A stretch of 64,000 bases of DNA, from NCBI RefSeq assembly GCF_965240435.1, contig NZ_CBDEKO010000003.1. One strand, 5' to 3'. The notes beneath the pieces are model-generated. The model saw only the letters and a program-made list of their open reading frames with translations, was not told the DNA's origin and did not search any database. How positions within the stretch are numbered: the first letter of the stretch is position 1; each line of letters begins with the position of its first letter. Shown here in pieces: positions 42,745-52,901 of this stretch. Both the position numbers and the translations under genes were made by a program. Origin of the DNA: Moorena producens (GTDB taxonomy: Bacteria > Cyanobacteriota > Cyanobacteriia > Cyanobacteriales > Coleofasciculaceae).

Positions 42745-44397
42745 TCAAGTCACCAATAAAACTTCAATAAAGCGATTCCAGGTCATAGCTCGTCCATTGA
42801 TGCGACGATATAAAAAATTCACTTCCTTTACACTAAGGTGTGATTCACCTACACTGGCAAAAGCTAAATTCATTTCATCGATACTGATAACATCATCCTG
42901 GTTAGCATCAATTGGTATAAAATAAGTCATGAAGTCGTGATAGTTAGACATCAATCGTTGCTGACGCAATAACAATTCACCAAACTCAGCCAGATCAATT
43001 TCACCACTGCCATCAATATCCAGACAACGAAACAAATAATCCAATTCCTGTTGAGAGATACCTCGTTTGACTTGCCGCAGGTGTTCTGCGAGCTCGTTAA
43101 CCGAAAGGGTGTTACTGAAATCGGTATCAATGGCATTAAAGAGATATTCGATATTTCTTTTGGTTGAGGTGGAGGCAGACTCAAATAAATATAGGTGGGG
43201 TGTACCTGCAATTGCCTCTTGCATCTGACGGCGAAAGGTGGTAAGGATATCTTTGGCAACCAGGTAACGGTGGTAATGTTCTTCTGGGCTAGCGATCGCA
43301 TGTAGGGGAACCGGGACTAATGACGGCAGTGTCTGCTGCAAAAAGCGGAAACCTCCGATTGTGACCAAACAGAAGGGTAAGGTCAGGATGGGCAAGTTAA
43401 CTAGGGTGAAGATGTGGCTTAAAATGCCCCCCAGGATAGTTGAAAAAAAAGCCATAAAAATACCAGCAAGCAGGCTGCGCAGGTTGGGGGCAAAAAATAC
43501 TCCAGAGATGGCCATTGCTGTCAAGATGGCGTTGTAACTGCACAATCCAGCCGAGATGGTGTCAGGACGGAAACCTGTGATCACCGCTGCCAGGGTACCG
43601 GATATTCCCCCCAATAATCCCACAGCTGCCCCAATCGGTGTACACCAGGCAACTGCGGCCAAGACCAGCACCCCAGCCACAAACTTGTCCATTAAAAACA
43701 CCTGCCCAAACCCAATCGGCACCGAGGTGGCAAATTGCGACCAATTGATCGGTTCCAACATAGGTGGGGGAGTGGGCGTGGGCCCCAAGCTATAAACTGC
43801 TTGAGGCATCGAGAGGGCAATCACCAGAAATAACAGCGTTGCCGCAATAAAGGGCAAGGTTAGGGGGGGAAATTTCAGCTTGCTGGCAAACCAGACTCCG
43901 ACGGTCTTGATCAACAGGGTGGTAAGAGTAGAAAAGATGATAGCCCCCATGAGCCAGAGGGGATTCCAGTTACCATTCCCGGATGCCCCAAAGGTAGCAA
44001 GTGCTGCTCCGACTAAAATCCCGTTATAGCCAAAAATACCGTTGCGAAGACTATCGCGATTAAGATTAAGCAAGATGGCAGTTACGGTTGAAGCCACCAG
44101 ACCCACTACACTCATCACCCCTACCCAAGGTGACTGAATAAACAGTGCTATCAGAATCAATAAGCCACTGAGGGGGTTGTTGACAAAGATCACCTGGCCA
44201 ATGCCACGCAAGTTGTAATTCAAAAAATCCCACAGAGGTTGATCGCCTAAGCGTTGATTGAGAGATGGCAATGTGCCTGCACCAGGTAGCAACCAGGGAA
44301 ATAGCTTAGTCCTATGGGGTTTGAAAAGTACTAGGTTGGCAATTAGTTCATGGAGCGGTGAGGGTTCAGGGGTAGCCGGGGGCATAGAAGATTTCAT
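42745..44397 (-). CDS. urea transporter (UT family) membrane domain fused to a C-terminal EF-hand calcium-binding domain
   Basis: UT signatures ...GIGQVIFVNNPLSGLLILIALFIQSPW... and ...LRNGIFGYNGILVGAALA...; C-terminal ~150 aa with EF-hand loops DTDFSNTLSVNEL, DIDGSGEIDLAEF, DANQDDVISIDEM. Confidence 0.8.
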   Translation of the reverse strand: MKSSMPPATPEPSPLHELIANLVLFKPHRTKLFPWLLPGAGTLPSLNQRLGDQPLWDFLNYNLRGIGQVIFVNNPLSGLLILIALFIQSPWVGVMSVVGLVASTVTAILLNLNRDSLRNGIFGYNGILVGAALATFGASGNGNWNPLWLMGAIIFSTLTTLLIKTVGVWFASKLKFPPLTLPFIAATLLFLVIALSMPQAVYSLGPTPTPPPMLEPINWSQFATSVPIGFGQVFLMDKFVAGVLVLAAVAWCTPIGAAVGLLGGISGTLAAVITGFRPDTISAGLCSYNAILTAMAISGVFFAPNLRSLLAGIFMAFFSTILGGILSHIFTLVNLPILTLPFCLVTIGGFRFLQQTLPSLVPVPLHAIASPEEHYHRYLVAKDILTTFRRQMQEAIAGTPHLYLFESASTSTKRNIEYLFNAIDTDFSNTLSVNELAEHLRQVKRGISQQELDYLFRCLDIDGSGEIDLAEFGELLLRQQRLMSNYHDFMTYFIPIDANQDDVISIDEMNLAFASVGESHLSVKEVNFLYRRINGRAMTWNRFIEVLLVT

Positions 44398-44558
44398 CTA
44401 TAGTTGAACAATATAGAGGTTTTCAATATTAGGCTAAAAACCTCTATATTCATTAGACCTCTTCCAAAAGTATTTTTTTGATACTGTTTTCGTCAATTAT
44501 TGTTACTGTTTTCTGTCTGCTGTCTCCTATCTCCTAACAACTGCCGCGAAGTCTATTC

Positions 44559-45578
44559 TTATGCTTTCCCTGTTACTTCTAGGCGATTGGCAATGGCATC
44601 CACTACGGTTTCAAAAATGCCCAAGGAGTTTTCCACCATGGTGTTGAGGGTATCGAGCAGGGGATTAATTTCACAGATTTCCCAACAACACACCCGTGGA
44701 TCTTTAACCAAGGTTTCGTTGAGCAGACAGGCTTCCTTGACAAAAATCCCATTTGGAGCTGGGGTTCCCGTTCCCATACAAATTGTGGAGTCCATACTGT
44801 CCACGTCAAAGGTAACGTAAATCAGATCCACCCCTTCTAGCTTCTCTAAACACCGTTGGGCAACGACATCCGCACCCAAGGTACGAACTTGCTCAGTAGT
44901 CATATTTAGGATCTGGTGTGTTTCAATCAAATGGTCTTCTGCCTCTTCCGTATCTCGTACCGCAACATACACCAGATCCTCAATGCTAAAATTATCGCCA
45001 TCTGCCAGCCCCAATCTTTGGCACAGGTTCCACAGTTCTAAGGTGTCTGAGTCAAGATCATTGATTTGCTTGGCCAGATTATCAGTAGCAGTCGCCATCG
45101 CCAGAGGCATCCCATGCATATTTCCCGATGGAGTCGTATAGGGGGAGTGAATATCGGCATGGGCATCAATCCAAACCACTCCCAGGCGATGATTCGGAAA
45201 GGCTTTTTTGATTCCGGCGATTGTCCCTGCTGCCGTTGAATGATCCCCACCGATTACCACTGGAAACAGCCCCTCCTGTAGGGTTTGGGCGACTACATCG
45301 GTGGTGCGGCTCAGCACCTGATATAGCTTCTCAATATACTTGGCGTAATGATGTTTGTGTCCCAGAGCATCTGCCGAATTTTCGGTTTGTACTCGTAAAC
45401 TATCCAGACTCAACACACCATTCTCGGCATGCATCCGTGCCGCTTGTTTTTGGATAGCAGCTTCTCTCAAGGCAGCAGTTCCCATGGATTGACCGCGCGT
45501 TCCTGCTCCTAATTCCGAATCAACTTCAATCAGCGCAATGGAGGAAAACTTTGCGACTTTTTGGTACTGAATTGACAC
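44559..45578 (-). CDS. arginase/agmatinase-family ureohydrolase
   Basis: Mn-binding motifs VVIGGDHSTAAG, WIDAHADIHSP, TFDVDSMD. Confidence 0.85.
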   Translation of the reverse strand: MSIQYQKVAKFSSIALIEVDSELGAGTRGQSMGTAALREAAIQKQAARMHAENGVLSLDSLRVQTENSADALGHKHHYAKYIEKLYQVLSRTTDVVAQTLQEGLFPVVIGGDHSTAAGTIAGIKKAFPNHRLGVVWIDAHADIHSPYTTPSGNMHGMPLAMATATDNLAKQINDLDSDTLELWNLCQRLGLADGDNFSIEDLVYVAVRDTEEAEDHLIETHQILNMTTEQVRTLGADVVAQRCLEKLEGVDLIYVTFDVDSMDSTICMGTGTPAPNGIFVKEACLLNETLVKDPRVCCWEICEINPLLDTLNTMVENSLGIFETVVDAIANRLEVTGKA

Positions 45579-45964
45579 TCCCCGCCCTGGAAGGACGGGG
45601 ATTCTTGATTCAACGAGGTGACTTGTTTAACCAGGCCGGAGCCAGGAAAAATAGAGGTCTCCTCTCCACAAGCGTATTTGGTCTATGACCCAGGTTTCGG
45701 TGTGCCCCACCGTACCTTGTCTTGATGAAGTCACTCATGGGGGTTCCCCCCATGAGCGCGCTGCATCGCTTTTTTTATATATAGATAGATACTTTTTTAA
45801 TCTAATTTTTTTCATAGACGTTTAAGTCGTTAGACCAAATTACGCAATATGCATCTGATACATATTTTTTACGTTGCCTACTTATTTTTAGATAGTATTT
45901 ATCTAGCTTTTTAGTTTATTGTTTATAATTATCTTATAACACGCTCTGTGAAAACTGTCAAGTT

Positions 45965-46516
45965 TTAGCTGAAAAAGAAAGCCGTCCTATAAGGACGGGG
46001 CTTTAAACCCAATTTTTCCGGTAAAATATTTTTGAAACTGCGTAAGCCTGCGATCGAAATCTTCAGACCCGATTCATAAGTTTGAGTGGCAATAAACTCT
46101 TCAAAATCAATTTCGCCATCTCTATTTAAATCAGCTTTTCTCACCAAGGCAGCAATTTCTGAATCAGTTACGGTGGTGTTGAAGCAACGGATAATCTGGG
46201 TGAACTCGTCAATCGATAATTTGCCACTACCATCAACATCAATCAGTTCAAACACCTGTCGTAGATCAGCCCTAATATCGAGATCTTGGCGGTTTACCAT
46301 CCACTCCATAAAGGCATCCCGTGTCACAACATCATCTTTGTTGAGCAGATTGAAAAGATTGGTTCGGTCTTGAAGGGAAATGCCTTGTCCCAGAATCTCT
46401 AGAGCATCGATGATCTCCTGACGACTGATGAATCCATCACCATTGGCATCAAACAACTGGAAGACCTGGTCAAATTCTGCATATCGTTGAGATGACATTG
46501 GTTTGGTTATGGTCAT
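45965..46516 (-). CDS. calmodulin-like EF-hand protein (>=3 canonical EF loops)
   Basis: DANGDGFISRQEI, DVDGSGKLSIDEF, DLNRDGEIDFEEF 12-residue Ca-binding loops. Confidence 0.8.
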   Translation of the reverse strand: MTITKPMSSQRYAEFDQVFQLFDANGDGFISRQEIIDALEILGQGISLQDRTNLFNLLNKDDVVTRDAFMEWMVNRQDLDIRADLRQVFELIDVDGSGKLSIDEFTQIIRCFNTTVTDSEIAALVRKADLNRDGEIDFEEFIATQTYESGLKISIAGLRSFKNILPEKLGLKPRPYRTAFFFS

Positions 46517-46822
46517 GGTTGAATCTCCTCATCTGTTACCCTATTGTGGAAAAATCGGATCGCGATTATACTACCATTTGACAACGAATGTCCCTCAAAT
46601 CAGCAGATGAGCATAACTGAAATGCTAGCCCTATCGATTATTGAAGATTCTGCTTATAGCCGCACAGTGCGAGAGTGGGACTGAAGATAAAGCAGAATGG
46701 ACAGAGTTGGAAATAACTGACCCCCCTTTTCAGAAAAGCGATCGCATTCTGGCATTCGTGAAATAGCATGGGTGGTACTCCCCTGTCGGAACTGTACATT
46801 GTGTCCATCGCCAAATTAGCCC

Positions 46823-47033
46823 AAATCTGTAGTTTCAACAAAAGGGACGTGGAAATCGTGCGTAAGTCTAATTGGTCCTTATATTACGTCTCTAGAAATG
46901 CAAGGCTGCTCGATTACCCTACTCAAAATGAACGATGAGCTAATTAAATTCTGGGATTGCACCAGTCAAGACACCAGCCCTGCGTTGGGGATTATGATTA
47001 GATATGATATCTGGGAGCATCAGTATAGCGGTT
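46823..47033 (+). pseudogene. dhaK: 3' remnant of dhaK (dihydroxyacetone kinase DHA-binding subunit), roughly 55-60 C-terminal aa only
   Basis: Translation ...VSLIGPYITSLEMQGCSITLLKMNDELIKFWDCTSQDTSPALG... parallels E. coli DhaK C-terminus ...[39 protein letters not shown]...; in-frame stop immediately upstream and no DhaK-like sequence 5' of it. Confidence 0.6.
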
Positions 47034-47299
47034 TCTAGCGTAATGAGGTACACAGGATTTTTTCCCTCTTGCCTCTTGCCTCTTGCCTTCCCCTCCTGGG
47101 AGGGGTTAGGGGTGGGTTACTCTTGCCTCTTGCCTTCCCCTCCTGGGCAGGGGTTAGGGGTGGGTTACTCTTGCCTCTTCTCTGTTCCCATGTTCCCTAA
47201 AATCCCAAAATTGTGTACCTCACCCAATTGAAAACTGCTATCATTGTAAAGCTTAGCTAATTGCTAATTGCTAATTGTTACCCTGAGGCCCTGACCCCC

Positions 47300-47595
47300 T
47301 GACCCACTCTGCCACTGTCACGAACTCGCCGCTAAGTCCTTCGGACTATAGCGGGAGCTTGATTGCTCTGTCGTGACCAGACTAAGTTCTTAGAGAACTA
47401 CGTTATTCAGCTCATGACACCTACAAATATCGTGCCAGTTTGCTAGCAACTGTCGTACAGCATATTAAACAAAGGCGTAACGAGTTATTTCCAGTGAGTT
47501 GTACCTAACAAGGTCATGAATAACATTGTCGTTCGCGCAAGCTTTGTGCTTCGCACAGGCTAACTCTACCCGTTTATCGGAGTGTTCGTGCTGTA
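47300..47595 (+). ncRNA. candidate omegaRNA scaffold region upstream of the iscB pseudogene
   Basis: Position (5' of iscB) as established for IscB systems; hairpin CCGCTAAGTCCttcgGACTATAGCGG; not validated by structure search. Confidence 0.3.
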
Positions 47596-48950
47596 ATGCG
47601 AGTTTTCGTGTCTAGATCAAAACAAACAACCTCTAGATCCTTGTCATCCAGCGAGAGCTAGAGAACTGCTTAAGAAAGGGAGGGCTAAAGTTTTCAAACG
47701 CTACCCATTCACTATCATCATGCCAGATCGGTGCTATTGATGATTCTGTTACTCATTGTCACACAGAATTAAGATAGACCCCGGCTCAAAAACAACAGGT
47801 GTTGCTATTGAATTTTGAGCAAACTGGACGGAATTACCAATGCTTTAGAAATCAACCATCGAGGTCAACAGATTAAGAATGCTCTAGAATCTCGACGAGC
47901 ATTAAGACGTGGTAGACGGAATCGCAAAACCCGATATCGTCAGCCAAGATTTCTAAACTCGAAGGCACGCCCTGACGGTTGGTTGCCACCATCATTAATG
48001 AGTCGAGATTTCAATGTTGAGACTTGGCGTTAGGCGGCTGATCAAGTTGTGTCCTATGAACTGCAATATCTCAAGAGTTAGTCCGATTTGATACTCAGAA
48101 ATTGCAGAATCCAGAAGTATCAGGAGTTGAGTATCATGGACGGGGAACTATTTGGGTATCGAGCCTTGAAAGAGTCCTTTACCCCTCCTGCTAAATGGTA
48201 GTAAAAATTGTGTTTACTGTGGTGCAGATAATGTGCCGTTAGAAGTGGAACACATTGGGATTGCCAAGTCTAAAGGAGGCAGTAACAGAGTTAGTAATTT
48301 AACAACTTGCTTGTCGTTGTTGCACATCAGCAGATAAAGGTAATGACTCGATAGAGAAGTTTCTGAAGAAAAAGCCGGAGATTCTCAAACGAATCTTAGC
48401 AAAGGCAAAAGCTGCCTTTGAAGCCGACACAGCGGTTGTCAATGCAACCCGTTGGGAATTATTCAGATAGATTGCAGAATTGACAGAGTTTGCCTGTTGA
48501 GACTGGTTCCGGTGGCTTGACTAGAATTTAATCGAAAGCATTAAAGGTATTCGAGAAAACCCACTGGGCTGGTACTGCCGCTTGTGTTGGCAAGTCAACT
48601 CCTACAAAACTGTTGCTGATCGGGAATAAAACCAACTGCTGTATAACTGCTAAAGGTCACTGGAATTCGTGCGTACGTCTGATTCGTCCTGACAAGTTTG
48701 GATTTCTAGAAATGCACACGCACCAAAAGCTAAGTTTTTCCATGGCTTCCAAACGGGTGATATTGATGAAAGCGAACATCAAGCATTCTGGAAAGTACGC
48801 AGGACAATACACCAGGCCGAATCGCTATCCGGTATCGTCCAAGCTTTGTGTATGCAATTTGCTGAAGGAAAGTTTGATGTACACCCCAAATATTTGCAAA
48901 CAATTTTTAGGGCCGACGGCTATGAATATCAAGTCTCTTAATGCGGTTTC
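47596..48950 (+). pseudogene. iscB: frameshifted IscB (OMEGA-type RuvC/HNH nuclease of IS200/IS605-superfamily ISC elements)
   Basis: Pieces in different frames: ATG-RVFV (47596), PLMP region ...PLDPCHPARARELLKKGRAKVFKRYPFTIIMPDRCY*, RuvC-I ...IDPGSKTTGVAIEF*, arginine-rich bridge helix ...RRALRRGRRNRKTRYRQPRF... (ORF 47815..48033), HNH ...[34 protein letters not shown]..., C-terminal ...FHGFQTGDI...FRADGYEYQVS*. At least four frameshifts/stops. Confidence 0.7.
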
Positions 48951-49041
48951 GCTGTCGCTCAATTTGCTCATTGTTGGCGGGAATTCCTCTGACCCGCTAA
49001 AACTAACGTTTATAACGGGAGAGGAATTCCCGCATTTTGAG

Positions 49042-49668
49042 ATGGTAACTAAACATCAAATTCTACAGTGGTTACAAGCAGTCGCTACTACACTTGAACA
49101 AAACAAGGACTATCTAACCGAACTTGATGCTGCTATTGGTGATGCTGACCACGGTATCAATATGAATCGTGGCTTTCAAAAGGTGATCACTCAGCTTCCT
49201 AAAGTCGCAGATAAAGACATTGGCAGTATTCTCAAAACCGTCAGCATGACTCTAATTTCCACTGTGGGAGGTGCCAGTGGACCACTTTATGGCACCCTGT
49301 TCTTGCGCTCAAGTGCAGCAGTAGCAGGAAAGCAAGAACTGACAAAAGAGGATATGGTCAAACTATTCCAAGCAGCAGTGGAGGGAGTCGTCCAGCGAGG
49401 CAAAGCCAACTTGGGAGATAAGACCATGTTAGATGCTCTATCACCCGCAGCCAATGCTTTCGCACAAGCTGTAGATCAAGGAGACAGTATGCTAGCAGCC
49501 TTGCAACAGGCCGTCAACGCCGCAGAAGAAGGGATGAAAAATACTATTCCGTTGGTGGCCAAGAAGGGACGAGCCAGTTATTTAGGGGAGCGCAGTGCTG
49601 GACATCAAGACCCTGGTGCTACTTCAGCCTATTTGATTTTCCAGACACTGCTAGAAACTATTGCGTAA
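49042..49668 (+). CDS. dhaL: dihydroxyacetone kinase ADP-binding subunit DhaL
   Basis: MVTKHQILQWLQAVATTLEQNKDYLTELDAAIGDADHGINMNRGF... canonical DhaL N-terminus; ORF-track start 48613 extends artefactually through the iscB remnant; ATG 49042 preceded by GGGAGAGG. Confidence 0.85.
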   Translation: MVTKHQILQWLQAVATTLEQNKDYLTELDAAIGDADHGINMNRGFQKVITQLPKVADKDIGSILKTVSMTLISTVGGASGPLYGTLFLRSSAAVAGKQELTKEDMVKLFQAAVEGVVQRGKANLGDKTMLDALSPAANAFAQAVDQGDSMLAALQQAVNAAEEGMKNTIPLVAKKGRASYLGERSAGHQDPGATSAYLIFQTLLETIA

Positions 49669-49674
49669 TACAGG

Positions 49675-50035
49675 GAGTAGGGAGTAGGGAGTAGGGAGTA
49701 GGGAGTAGGGAGGAGGGAAAATTGACTGTACCTCAGTAAGTGAGATAGGGGAATAGGGATATAGTTAACTTTTTACTAGGGAGTAGGGACTTAGGGAATA
49801 GGGTTAAGAAAATCGCGTCTTTACCTCATAAGTAGGAGTCAACGCTCTAGTCAACCTTCAACCTTAGTAACTTATTCATACCTTCAAGCGATCTCATCTT
49901 GTTGAAGGTCAACCGTAACCCCTCAACCTTCAACCCTCAACCCTCAACCTTCAACCTTCAACCTTCAACCTTCAACCTTCAACCTTCAAATTTAAACTTT
50001 TAACCTTCAACCTTCAACCCTCCCTCAACCCTCAA
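49675..50035. repeat. GGGAGTA heptamer array then CCTTCAA/CCCTCAA heptamer arrays
   Basis: Direct reading. Confidence 0.9.
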
Positions 50036-50375
50036 CCGACCCTACGGGAACGCCAAGGGCGAACAGCCCTCAACCAAATTTGACGATTATAGCTTGCACC
50101 AGCTGAACAATTTCAAAGGTCACGAAGACGCTGAGAATAATTGTTACTAATTTATTCAGTATCGGTATGTTGCCATACCCAAACCAAGAGGCAACAAACT
50201 TGATTAACACCATACAAATGGCGCTAATGATTAAAAAATTGCAGGATTGCCATCGTTTGATTCCCTGATTAACACGAAACAAGTCAGTTATTTAGTGTAT
50301 TCCCTATTCAATAGGGGTTACCCTAATTACAAGGAAAATTTTATAAAGATCTTAAACAATTCATCAAAATTAACC

Positions 50376-52737
50376 CTATTGTGATCCGTAGTATATTCCC
50401 CTACCATTGGTACCAATAAAAACAAGTCCGAACTCCTGCTTACTGGCCTCCATCACAGTAGGTCTATTGCCAATTGGTCGGGAGCGATCGCCCATCCGTG
50501 TCCACGTGCGTCCCATGTCAAGAGACTGGAATATTCCTGGTTCTTGGGCACGGCTTTTGGCTGAGCTTCCTGAAGTCTCACTAACTTCCCGATTCCTAAC
50601 CCCATTCTCGACATTGGGAAGATTTCCATCAATATTGCCATCAATATTGCCATAAATATATAGTGCTGGAGTGTCGCTGCCCTGGGGTGCTTTACCAAAA
50701 GCAAATAGGTGAGCTCTGGTTACTGAAGGCAGCTTAAGGAATGACTGACCGCCATCGGTAGAGCGATAGAAACCCTTGCGGTCTAGACTCAGCCAAATTT
50801 CACCCTTAACCCCTGGCACCGTTTTCAGGGAATGCCAACCTTCATTGCGAAAGTGAATCATTCACAATTTGAAAAGATGAGCCGCCATCATTGGAACGAT
50901 AGACTTTGCCTTTAGCATAGTAATAAAACCTGTTGCCATCTACAGGGTCTGCGGCTAAAGATTGAGACCAATTCCATGGACCACCCGGACCATTGGGTAA
51001 TCCTGAAACCTTTTGCCAGGTCATCCCTCCATCCTTAGTGCGCAACGGCTGACCTTGACTAACTGTCACAACAAATAAATTGGGGTTAGTAGCAGACATA
51101 GCCACCCGCATCGGCATCGTATTGTCTGGAAATGAGGCAAACTCTTGCCATGTCAGACCACCATCGGTGGAAGTAGCTCCAGTATAGGTTGAATTCCAGC
51201 GGTAACCACCAACCCGAACCATCTGTAAGGGTTTAGTTTCACAGTAAGCAATACTATAGGTATCCTGGAATGACTTACCGGGCTCCCCCAGACCAAGTCG
51301 TTGAGAGGGGTAAGTATCTAATCCTTGGTTATGGTAGAAACCATCCACATCCGCCACCCCACTTACCAGTATCGGACCACGGGGTGGTGAAACCAGAGTA
51401 AACGGAACCACTTCCTCGTGTCCAGCGGCATAGTTAGTCCAAACAACGGGATTAGCATTAAGATCATCTGTCCGCCATACACCGTACCAATCCGTAAACC
51501 AAACTCTTCCCGGTACTTTTGGGTCAAATTCCATCGCTGCCATATGATTGGCAAAATACTTCTTCGGCCACCAGGGAATAGTGTTGTTAGCAGAAGTCAG
51601 CTGCTGTTTCCAGGTAGCGCCGCCATCCAGGGAACGGTAGAATTTGGTTTTTTGTGTGCGGTTGAAGGCAACTAAGATATCCTCAGGATTAGCAGGATTC
51701 ACACTGAGCGTACCAAAAATGCGATTAGATCCCCCTGGTTTCATGGTTTTCCAGACACCATTGGCATACTTGTGGACTCCACGATTACTGGTACTGGTGA
51801 CGTAGAGGATATTCTTTTTTCCCACAGCCATGCGATTGACTGTTTTTGGGCTACCAGCTACCTGAGTCCAGCTGACCCCAGAGTCAGTAGATTTGTAGAT
51901 GCCATCTCCATAGGGAGAAGCATACACTAAGCCCGGTACCTGTTTATCAAAGACAATCGCTGTAATACCAATTTTGTTATCTGGTTTACCTGCAAAAGAG
52001 GTGACGTTTTCCCAGGTAGCACCAGCATCCGATGATTTCCAGAGTCCATCTTCTCTAGAGCCGAACAGGATAATATTGGAATTGAACGGATCAACAGCTA
52101 GTCTCTCTCCTAGCCATTTTTTCTTGTGGTTAGCCCCCATCTTGAGGTCTAGGTTCAACTTTGTCCAAGTTTGTCCTTTATCGGTAGATTTAAATAGTGT
52201 TCCCGGTTCAGCCCAGGGATATTTTCCAGCCGCAATATAGACAATAGTTGGATCATTGGGATCAACAGCCAGTGCTTCTCCTCCATAGTAGTTTCTCTGA
52301 GAGAAGGGAAAGTGTTCTGTCAGGGGAATCCAACGTTGCTTCCCCTCATCCCAACGATAGAAGCCACCCACATCAGTCCGAATATAAACTAAGTCTTTTT
52401 CCAGTGGATGGAGGTAAACACCAGTGACATAACCACCACCTCCAATCGCTACATTAGTTGTTCCGAGGCGAATGTTTTTCTGGTATTTCCGAGAGCTAAC
52501 TACCTCAGCCTGTCCTGAATTTACCTTAACGATATCAGTGACCAATACAATTGACCCGAGCATCATGAAACTAGTCAGGAGCATCAGTCCTAGAGTAACC
52601 CTTTGCCTAAACCAACGGTTTGGTTGGGTAATAGCTCGAATCCGGTGATTGGGAATCCACTTAGCAAGGGTTAGCCCAATCGCAAAAATAAATAAGCCTA
52701 AAAGCACCCTGAGTGCGATCGCAAGCCAGTCAATCAT
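50376..52737 (-). pseudogene. BNR/Asp-box repeat glycoside-hydrolase-like protein (GH74/sialidase-like beta-propeller), split by a +1 frameshift near 50850
   Basis: Asp-box motifs STDKGQTW, SSDAGATW, STDSGVSW, SLDGGATW, STDGGLTW, TKDGGMTW, SNDGGSSF, STDGGQSF; ORFs 50842..52737 and 50376..50861 overlap by 20 nt in different frames and together give ~790 aa. Could be a sequencing error rather than a true pseudogene. Confidence 0.55.
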
Positions 52738-52901
52738 ACAAATAATAGATCAGCAACTTGGACAAGACTTCCCCAGTAACTATAACTAATAGGGTAGGTT
52801 ATTGACCAAACCTACTTATAGCGATTTCTAGGGATTTATAGGATTTGTTGCCCAGTTTTTTCCTTCGTCTTACAGAATGCTCCTGTGTTTTCTAGCTACC
52901 C

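Noticed and set aside
46638-46841. 67-aa minus-strand ORF
   Set aside because: Overlaps the plus-strand dhaK remnant, which has real homology; no features.
48613-49041. Long N-terminal extension of dhaL in the ORF track
   Set aside because: Runs through the C-terminal frame of the IscB pseudogene; the canonical DhaL N-terminus begins at ATG 49042 with an RBS.
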